DNA of 62,860 nucleotides from an uncultured bacterium. Lineage in GTDB: Bacteria > Omnitrophota > Omnitrophia > Omnitrophales > Danuiimicrobiaceae. Of the stretch, positions 42,542 to 49,505 are shown one piece after another. Below the pieces are notes generated by a model. The model did not search any database and was not told the DNA's origin. It was given only the letters and a program-made list of their open reading frames with translations. Location: the NCBI GenBank assembly GCA_964373885.1, contig CAYJWM010000003.1:1-62860 (forward strand). The letters are read 5' to 3'. The position numbers and the translations under genes are program-made. Each line of letters starts with the position of its first letter. The stretch's first letter is position 1.

Positions 42542-42943
42542 ATGCTACGTTCCCAAGAACGGCTTTTCAAAAAAGCTGTGACCCCTGAAAAGGCCGTGCT
42601 CTGCGCTTTGTCATTGCGAGCCCGCCGTGATTTTCGGCGGGCGCGGCAATCTATGAACTTGGATTGCTTCGCTCGGGCTTTCTGCCGCCCTCGAAGAGGG
42701 TCGCTTGCAATGACGGTTTTACTGGCGTCTCTTGTTTTAACGCCGGCCGCCGGATTTGCCCAAACATCCGCTTTGCCGAAAGCGCGCGGTTCCTACTGGA
42801 CTTCAGGCGGCACCAACCTGATTGAAGACAAGCTTCCGCTCATTCCTTTTCTGGAACGGAAAGAATTGTTTCGGCTTCTTCGGCAAACCGACAGCATTGT
42901 TTTTCTCGACATACCCATCCTCATTCATGATTTAGGTGAATGA
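42542..42943 (+). CDS. small secreted-protein ORF interrupted in frame by a palindromic repeat and probably 3'-truncated
   Basis: ATG at 42542. Conceptual removal of the 105-bp repeat gives MLRSQERLFKKAVTPEKAVLCALVLLASLVLTPAAGFAQ, a textbook signal peptide. The C-terminus ...ELFRLLRQTDSIVFLDI resembles the start of a rhodanese-like domain and then stops. No clear Shine-Dalgarno. Confidence 0.35.
   Translation: MLRSQERLFKKAVTPEKAVLCALSLRARRDFRRARQSMNLDCFARAFCRPRRGSLAMTVLLASLVLTPAAGFAQTSALPKARGSYWTSGGTNLIEDKLPLIPFLERKELFRLLRQTDSIVFLDIPILIHDLGE
42610..42714. repeat. 105-bp palindromic element, GTCATTGCGAG...CTTGCAATGAC family
   Basis: Terminal inverted repeats GTCATTGCGAG/CTTGCAATGAC with an internal hairpin CCGCCGtgattttCGGCGG. 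The length is a multiple of 3 and it has no stop in the host frame. Confidence 0.75.
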
Positions 42944-43017
42944 CACCATATACTTTGCGCTTCAAATAACTTGAGACAGTTTGCTTTGCCCACTCAGTGC
43001 ATCGCTGCATTTTAGTC

Positions 43018-43046
43018 GTGACTTTCCTGCAGTTTTATGCATAATA
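43018..43046 (+). promoter_or_regulatory. promoter candidate for ATPase copy 1 (GTGACT-17 nt-TGcATAATA), ATG 6 nt after the -10
   Basis: Extended -10 TGcATAATA ends at 43046 and the ATG is at 43053 with no Shine-Dalgarno. This suggests a leaderless mRNA. Confidence 0.35.
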
Positions 43047-43052
43047 GTCGGC

Positions 43053-44174
43053 ATGAAAAGAAGTCTTGAAAGTGCGATCAAAAAAGATTTGGACGACAAA
43101 ATTGTCCTGTTGAGCGGACCCCGCCAAGTAGGAAAGACCACTCTTGCAAGAGCGCTTTACCCCAAAAATTCAGAATATTTTAATATCGATAATGAAGAAG
43201 ACCGGCTGTTGATCCGAAGGACTGCATGGAGACGCGACTGTGACTTGGTCATTTTTGACGAGCTCCACAAGCTTAAGAAATGGAAAAACTGGATCAAGGG
43301 GATTTATGATAAGGAAGGAGTAAACCCTCGGCTTCTTGTAACAGGGTCCGCGCGGCTTGACGCCTACCGGCGCGGAGGCGATTCTCTTGCCGGCAGATTT
43401 TATTCCTACCGGCTTCATCCTTTTTCGGTGGCAGAGGTGAAAGAGCAATATCCGGCAGATGAAGCGTTTGATCGGATCCTGCGGTTCGGAGGATTTCCGG
43501 AGCCATTCCTCAAGGCGAATGAAACAGCGGCAAAAAGATGGCGGCGCTCTCATGCAGACCGGATTTTGCGGGATGACCTGCGTGATATCGCTTCAGTGCG
43601 GGACACGAGGGGAGTCGGCACCCTTGTCGAGCTGCTTCGCCAATCCGTAGGGAGCACCATTTCCTATGAGTCTCTTTCACGCGATTTACAGGTTTCCCCT
43701 CATACGGTCAAGTACTGGATCGGCATGCTGGAAAGTCTTTTTATCCTGTTTATTGTGACCCCTTACTCCCGCAATATCGCCCGGAGTCTTCTTAAGCAGC
43801 CCAAAATTTACTTTTACGATACGGGTTTTGTAAAAGAAGACCCAGGCGCCAGATTTGAAAATGCCGTCGCTTGCGCTTTGCTCAAACGGCTTCATTTTCT
43901 TGAAGATATGGGGGGTGACAAGTGCGCCCTCCACTATCTGCGGGACAAGGACAAAAGAGAAGTAGATTTCGTGACGATCCGGGACGGAAAACCGGAGTTT
44001 TTGATCGAGACCAAATTATCCGATCCAGAAACCCCTTCTCTTGAGCATTTCAAGAGTTTTTTTGGCAGCCAGATTGAACCTGTCATCCTCGTCAAGAATA
44101 TCAAACGCGAACTTTTTCTTAAAGGGATTAAAATCAAAAAGGCAAGCCAGTGGCTTCAAACCCTTGAAGCATAG
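43053..44174 (+). CDS. AAA+ ATPase with C-terminal PD-(D/E)xK-like module (COG1373 / AAA_14-DUF4143-type), copy 1
   Basis: Walker A GPRQVGKTT and Walker B LVIFDELH. C-terminal HYLRDKDKREVDF...FLIETK fits a D...ExK nuclease-fold motif. Paralog of 59406-60626. Confidence 0.8.
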   Translation: MKRSLESAIKKDLDDKIVLLSGPRQVGKTTLARALYPKNSEYFNIDNEEDRLLIRRTAWRRDCDLVIFDELHKLKKWKNWIKGIYDKEGVNPRLLVTGSARLDAYRRGGDSLAGRFYSYRLHPFSVAEVKEQYPADEAFDRILRFGGFPEPFLKANETAAKRWRRSHADRILRDDLRDIASVRDTRGVGTLVELLRQSVGSTISYESLSRDLQVSPHTVKYWIGMLESLFILFIVTPYSRNIARSLLKQPKIYFYDTGFVKEDPGARFENAVACALLKRLHFLEDMGGDKCALHYLRDKDKREVDFVTIRDGKPEFLIETKLSDPETPSLEHFKSFFGSQIEPVILVKNIKRELFLKGIKIKKASQWLQTLEA

Positions 44175-44181
44175 AGGGCTC

Positions 44182-45191
44182 ATGTTTAAACACATCTTCA
44201 CTTTGTTTTTAATTTCCGCGGCCGTGTTCACGCAGATTCCGCCGTTTGCTTTCTCCGACGACGGATCTCTTCCTTCCGGAACTGTAGCGGGTCCAAATGA
44301 AGGAGATACAAATCCCGCGCAAGATCCGCTTTCTTCCGATAAAGAGAGCGGTCAAGGAGATCAAACGGGCGATACCGACCCGCTCCTCCTTCATCAAGGG
44401 GATTTCAAGCTTGAAGCCCGCGACCTTTTGATTCCGCCACGCGGGGGATTCCGCTTGAAATCAAACGCACCTACCGCTCAAGAAGCCGCTACAACGGCCC
44501 CTTCGGCTACGGCCGGGACTTTAATTTCAATATGCGGCTTAGAAAACGCTCCAATGGCGACGTTGCGATTTTGGCGGGGGATAATCGGCGCAATGAGTTT
44601 AAGAAAGTGGGAGCATCTTATCAAGCGCCACCCGGCATTTACGACACGCTTACGCAAAATGGGGACGGTTCCTTTAATCTCAGGAAAAAACACGGCGAGC
44701 TTTATGTCTTTGATGTGAACGGCAAGCTCGTCACGATGAGTGACCGAAACGGCAACACGACGACCTTCACTTATGACCCCAATGGAAAACTTCCCGTCAT
44801 CGGTACCTCGCCTTATTTTGTCGGCCAAACAACCGGAATTGTCGTGATGGACTACCGCTTGATTCAAATCACGGATTCAGTCGGAAGAAACATCGATCTT
44901 TTCTACAATTCAGACGGCCGCCTTGAAAAAATCAAGGATTTCACGGGCCGCGTCCTCATTTATCAATATAGTCCTGCCGGCGATCTTATTTCCTTCGGTG
45001 AGATCCCCCCGGGCGGACTTTTATCCGGTGAAACCCTCATGGGCTATAAAACGACCTACACCTACACGAATCACAATCTTGAGACCATCACCGATGCGAA
45101 AGCCAAGACCTATCTTCAAAACGTGTACAACACGGAAGACCGCGTGATTTGTATGTCGTCAGACCTTTTTGGACACGGACTCAGGATTTGA
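44182..45191 (+). pseudogene. Rhs/YD-repeat protein N-terminal remnant (frameshifted and truncated)
   Basis: Signal peptide MFKHIFTLFLISAAVFTQIPPFAFS, then DPLLLHQGDFKLEARDLLIPPRG. The reading frame switches at the G5 run (44443-44447) to GIPLEIKRTYRSRSRYNGPFGYGRDFNF. YD repeats follow (FTYDPNGKL, YQYSPAGDL, YTYTNHNLETITD). It ends after about 330 codons with no core or toxin domain. Confidence 0.75.
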
Positions 45192-45345
45192 GTTTGCGCT
45201 TTGAGCCGGGTCTGGGTGTTGGTTGAGATTGTAATTTTTCCTCCGTTCCAGGGTCAATCGTTTCTTCCGAGATCTCGCTTTTAAAATCTCCTCCTTTCTG
45301 CCCGGATAAATACCTCTTGCGGATGAAGCGATTAGTGAGGCGATT

Positions 45346-46467
45346 ATGAAGTATGTCTGGCAGTGCGAAAGCTGGCCGAAACTGACTTGGCGAAGCGAGC
45401 CCTTGTTGGCATTCATCGGCAAAGCGCGCTTGGCCCAGGGGACGTTTTTGACCCGGGCAGCCAATCTGGGTTTTAAACTGAGCCGGGAGGCACAAGCAGC
45501 TATTTTAACGGAAGAAGCGGTCAAAACATCGGCTATTGAAGGGGAGCGTTTAAACCGGGAATCAGTACGTTCGTCTGTGGCGCGGCATTTGGGATTACCC
45601 GTCGCCGGCCTTCCTCCAGCCAGTCGCTCGATTGACGGTTTGGTGGAGGTGCTTTTGGAGGCAGCTGAGAATTATGACAAACCGCTTACAGCGGCACGAC
45701 TCAAACGCTGGCAGGCAGCTCTTTTTCCAACCGGGCATTCGGGACTCAGGCGGATTCGAGTGGGCAGGTGGCGGGGTCCTACGCATCCGATGCAGGTTGT
45801 TTCCGGTGCTGTGGGCCGTGAAAAAATCCATTTCGAAGCCCCGCCGGGCGAAAAGGTGGAACGCGAAATAAAAGAGTTTCTTTCCTGGTGGAAGAGAAGC
45901 TTGCGGCATGAGGAAGGCCTTTTAAGGTCGGGGCTTGCTCATTTTTATTTTGTGACCATTCATCCCTTTGAAGACGGCAACGGGCGAATTGCCCGCACCT
46001 TGACGGATATGGCGCTCGCGCAAGATGCAAAACTTTCTACCCGTTACCACAGTCTTTCTTCCCAGATTATGGAGGAGCGGGATGATTATTACCGTGTCCT
46101 CGAAACCTGTCAGAAAGGAGCTGGGGATATCACCGAATGGCTCCAGTGGTACTTGGGATGTTACCAGCGGGCGGTGGAAAGAGCCGGGGGATTGATTGCG
46201 AACGTTTTGGCTAAGGCCGAATTTTGGCAACGTCACGACAAACTTGAGATCAATGAACGCCAGCAGAAAGTTGTAAACCGACTCCTGGATGCGGGCAAGG
46301 GTGGTTTTGAGGGAGGCCTGACGACCCGCAAATATGTTTCGATGGCCAAAGTGAGCCGCGCCACCGCGTTCCGCGAAATATCAGGTTTGTTAGAAAAAGG
46401 CCTCCTTCGCCAAAATCCTGCGAAGGGCCGCAGCGCAAGTTATGATTTAAATTGGGATGAGGGATAA
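45346..46467 (+). CDS. Fic family protein (DUF4172-type N-terminus, C-terminal winged-helix-like region)
   Basis: 373 aa. Fic motif HPFEDGNGRIAR at 45961-45996. N-terminal TSAIEG (45526-45543) fits the inhibitory (S/T)xxxE(G/N) motif. Confidence 0.88.
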   Translation: MKYVWQCESWPKLTWRSEPLLAFIGKARLAQGTFLTRAANLGFKLSREAQAAILTEEAVKTSAIEGERLNRESVRSSVARHLGLPVAGLPPASRSIDGLVEVLLEAAENYDKPLTAARLKRWQAALFPTGHSGLRRIRVGRWRGPTHPMQVVSGAVGREKIHFEAPPGEKVEREIKEFLSWWKRSLRHEEGLLRSGLAHFYFVTIHPFEDGNGRIARTLTDMALAQDAKLSTRYHSLSSQIMEERDDYYRVLETCQKGAGDITEWLQWYLGCYQRAVERAGGLIANVLAKAEFWQRHDKLEINERQQKVVNRLLDAGKGGFEGGLTTRKYVSMAKVSRATAFREISGLLEKGLLRQNPAKGRSASYDLNWDEG

Positions 46468-46570
46468 GAGGATTTTCAGAAAATCCCGCCTTTTGCCGAT
46501 ACTTTAACAGTTAAATTTTCCCAAATTTTAGGATAAATCTGTAGCCAAAACAGGGCAGATACGCATCCAC

Positions 46571-47662
46571 ATGGTACTTACTACTGCTGAGTTGCTCGAG
46601 AAAGGGAAAAGGATATTCGCTTCTCTTTCCGCAAAGAAACCAGCTCCGGCCAAAACGACCGACGGGATCATCGGGCTCAATATCGGCCGTTTCAGTTTGG
46701 CGGCATGCGAGGTTTCTCAAAAAGGGCCAAAATTTGTTTTGGAGCGGGCGGGAAGAATGGATCTCATTTTGGGGGAGGCGGTCCCGGCGCAGATCAAGCG
46801 GCTTTGGAAAGAGTCCGGTTTTGAGTCCAGGCGCGTCAATGTCTCCATTAAGGGGAAGGGCGTGGTGATACGATTCCTCAATTTTCCGCGCATGAGTCGT
46901 GAAGAGTTCGCAAGTTCGATACAGTACGAAGCCGAAAAATATCTCCCCTTCAGTTTAAATGAAATCGTGTTTGATCACTCGATTTTGGAGCCGCCGGACA
47001 GTTCATCGGCCGCTTCGACCACGATGCCCGTGATTTTGGTGGCGGCGCGTAAAACCGAGATTGAAAAACTGGTCGAAATCATGAAGGAAGCAGAGCTTGA
47101 AGTGCACGCGATCGATGTGGACACCTTTGCCTGCGTGAATGCGTTTCAATTTGCCTGTCCGGACACAAAAGCGCAGTCGGTCGGGCTTGTGGATTTTGGA
47201 GCGCGGGACACCACCGTTTCCATCTTGGATAAAGGGATGTTAACGTTTTCGCGCGATGTCGCGTTCGGGGGGAGCGATCTTACGGATTTGATTCAGCGCA
47301 AATTCAATCTCGAGAAACAGGAGGCGCTACAGCTGCAGACGGCCAAAGAGCCCCTGCCGGCTGAAAAGCAGGCGGCCGTTCAGGAGATTCTGGACCGCTT
47401 GTTTCAGGAAATTAAAACATCGATTCAATATCATTACACGCAAAAAGAGGGGCAGCCGCCGCTTGAGACCATTTTTATTTCCGGGGGGTTTTCCAGATTT
47501 CAGTTTTTGCCGAAACTGTTTGAAGAGCGCATTCAAATCCCGGTGAAGTTTTGGGACCCGACCCAAGCCATGGATAAAAGCGCTTTTGTGAATCCCGGCG
47601 TGTTGAGCGAACTCGCGCCATTTTTGCCCGTGAGCATTGGTTTGGCGATCAGACCTCAATGA
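46571..47662 (+). CDS. pilM: type IV pilus assembly protein PilM (actin-like ATPase fold)
   Basis: 363 aa. GLNIGRFSLAACEV..., DVDTFA and the FISGGFS actin-fold blocks. First gene of pilMNOPQ. Confidence 0.88.
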   Translation: MVLTTAELLEKGKRIFASLSAKKPAPAKTTDGIIGLNIGRFSLAACEVSQKGPKFVLERAGRMDLILGEAVPAQIKRLWKESGFESRRVNVSIKGKGVVIRFLNFPRMSREEFASSIQYEAEKYLPFSLNEIVFDHSILEPPDSSSAASTTMPVILVAARKTEIEKLVEIMKEAELEVHAIDVDTFACVNAFQFACPDTKAQSVGLVDFGARDTTVSILDKGMLTFSRDVAFGGSDLTDLIQRKFNLEKQEALQLQTAKEPLPAEKQAAVQEILDRLFQEIKTSIQYHYTQKEGQPPLETIFISGGFSRFQFLPKLFEERIQIPVKFWDPTQAMDKSAFVNPGVLSELAPFLPVSIGLAIRPQ

Positions 47663-48288
47663 TTCTGATCAATCTTTTACCGGCGCATTTAATACCGAAA
47701 AAAAAGACGCAAACAGTATCTATTCCGTACCGGCCGATTTTATTCGGTGTGTTTTTGATTTTTCTCGTGATCTCGCTTTTCAATTTGTTTTTCTATGTCC
47801 GAATTCATAAGGAAAAGCGGCAGTTGGGCGAGCAATGGAAGGGCTTGGAGGGTCCCTATAACGAAGCGCTTGCGCTGGATCAAGAGCTGGGGTCTTCCGT
47901 TCTGTCTGAAATCGATTTTTACAGTACCTTTGTGGACCCGCCGCTTGAGACGGCACAGGTGATGAATCTGGCGAGCGATTTTATTCCCAAATCCGCTTGG
48001 CTTTCCAGCTTAAAGGTCGAGCGAAAGGGAAAAGAACTTCAGCTGCTCATGATCGGGTTTTCGGATGGCTCCGAGGCGGGTTCGCGGCTTGTGGAAATTC
48101 AGAATTTCGCAAACAAAGTAAAAGATGAAATGGAACGCCTGCTGGGCGAAGGCGCTGGGGCCGCAGCCGCAAAACCGGCGCTGACGTCCGCCGTGACGAC
48201 GGCAAGCAAGGCGGAAGATTCGGCCGCTTCCGCGCTTACGGAATTTACCGCCGTGATTCAAACCGAGGGCTTTGGAGCGACGGAATGA
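47659..48288 (+). CDS. pilN: type IV pilus assembly protein PilN
   Basis: 209 aa. Conserved INLLP start and a single TM. ATGA overlap with pilM. Confidence 0.8.
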   Translation: MILINLLPAHLIPKKKTQTVSIPYRPILFGVFLIFLVISLFNLFFYVRIHKEKRQLGEQWKGLEGPYNEALALDQELGSSVLSEIDFYSTFVDPPLETAQVMNLASDFIPKSAWLSSLKVERKGKELQLLMIGFSDGSEAGSRLVEIQNFANKVKDEMERLLGEGAGAAAAKPALTSAVTTASKAEDSAASALTEFTAVIQTEGFGATE

Positions 48289-48923
48289 AAATAAAAGAAA
48301 AAGCGAAATCAAAAGACGATTCGCTCAAACAGCTTGTTTCGAGGTTTAGGGCATGGCTGGCCGGCGTGGACCGCAAGGTGTTGATTCAAAACGGGGTGAT
48401 CCTCGGGGCCTTTCTTGTGTTCATCGTCTTTTTCTTTTTTCCGATCTTGGGCCGCAACCGCGCGGCGGCCGGCGAAGTAGCGCAGTTAAAAGGCCAGATT
48501 TACAATGCGGGCGCTTTGATTGCCCGGCTCCCGGAAATGAAAAAACAAAAGGAAATATTCGGTGCCCGAATCGAGAAGATTCGCAAAGGGTTTTTTAAAA
48601 GCAGCGAAGCGAGTCAGCTCATCGAAATTATTTCGGCGGCGGCCAATCAAAGCAAGGTCCGCATCAGCGCGACGCAGCCGGGCGCTAAAGAAGTGACGCT
48701 CCCGGATCCTTTTCAGCAGATTTATCGCGTGGCGAGCTATGAACTGACGGTGGATGGGGGCTATCATGGTCTGGGTACGTTTACCAACCGGCTGGAACAG
48801 TATTCGAAAAATTTTGCCGTTCCCGAACTTAAAATGACGCGGAATAAGGAAACGCCCGGCGCTCATAAAGCGGTGCTGGTGGTGCATGCCTTTTTTGAGC
48901 GTTATGTGAGAGGGACCAAATGA
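48285..48923 (+). CDS. pilO: type IV pilus assembly protein PilO
   Basis: 212 aa with a single TM, then a coiled-coil and a ferredoxin-like C-terminus. ATGA overlap with pilN. Confidence 0.75.
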   Translation: MKIKEKAKSKDDSLKQLVSRFRAWLAGVDRKVLIQNGVILGAFLVFIVFFFFPILGRNRAAAGEVAQLKGQIYNAGALIARLPEMKKQKEIFGARIEKIRKGFFKSSEASQLIEIISAAANQSKVRISATQPGAKEVTLPDPFQQIYRVASYELTVDGGYHGLGTFTNRLEQYSKNFAVPELKMTRNKETPGAHKAVLVVHAFFERYVRGTK

Positions 48924-49486
48924 AAACTAGAATGCTCAACAAAACCGATGTCATTCCCGCAATCTTTAAGCGACGTCTTTTGTCGTCCCCGAAATCTTTT
49001 CCGCCAAAAAACGTGGCGGATCCGCCGTGCTTTGTGGCGGAAATCGGGGACCCATGCTTTGGATTCCCGACTAAAGCATTCGGGAATGACAACTTAAACT
49101 CGCTGAAACATTCGGGGGTGACACTTTTTTTGAGTATTCTCAGTTTCTTTTTCTCTTTTTGTTATTTTTCCTCAGCGTTCGCGAGTGATTTTCATTATGA
49201 CGCCAAGGGCAAACGCGATCCCTTTCTTTCCCCGGCGGAGGCGTCTTTGCTCAAAAAGCAGATCGGGCCCGGCGAATTGCATTTGGAGGGGATTATCATC
49301 GACCAGCAGGCGGCCTCGTATGTGGTGGTGAATCGCGAGGTGGTGAAAGCGGGCGAAACTTTTTCAGGATTTCTTTTAAAAAAAATAGAACCGAATGCGG
49401 CCACTTTTGAAAAGGACGGTGAAGCATTTGTCCTTTTTCTTCGAGAAGATGAAAGAAGTACCGCAAATCAAAATACCAACCGTTAG
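48920..49486 (+). CDS. pilP: PilP-like pilus assembly protein carrying an in-frame 141-bp repeat in its signal-peptide n-region
   Basis: The ATG at 48920 overlaps the pilO stop (ATGA), like the pilM/N and pilN/O junctions. Hydrophobic core VTLFLSILSFFFSFCYFSSAFA, an RDPF motif and a beta-rich C-terminus. Located between pilO and pilQ. Alternative GTG start at 49118 downstream of the repeat. Confidence 0.6.
   Translation: MKTRMLNKTDVIPAIFKRRLLSSPKSFPPKNVADPPCFVAEIGDPCFGFPTKAFGNDNLNSLKHSGVTLFLSILSFFFSFCYFSSAFASDFHYDAKGKRDPFLSPAEASLLKKQIGPGELHLEGIIIDQQAASYVVVNREVVKAGETFSGFLLKKIEPNAATFEKDGEAFVLFLREDERSTANQNTNR
48950..49090. repeat. 141-bp palindromic element, GTCATTCCCG...CGGGAATGAC family
   Basis: 10-bp perfect terminal inverted repeats. 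Internal hairpins CCGCC-aaaaaacgt-GGCGG and CCGCC-gtgctttgt-GGCGG. Corresponds to codons 11-57 of the pilP ORF. Confidence 0.8.
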
Positions 49487-49505
49487 CACAAAAAAAGGAA
49501 TAGAG

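Noticed and set aside
42530-46512. 9-bp direct repeat TTAACAGTT at 42530-42538 and 46504-46512, near the two edges of the accessory insert.
   Set aside because: A 9-mer match between two AT-rich ~150-bp regions is only marginally unexpected, and the flanks do not extend the match. This is not enough to call it a target-site duplication.
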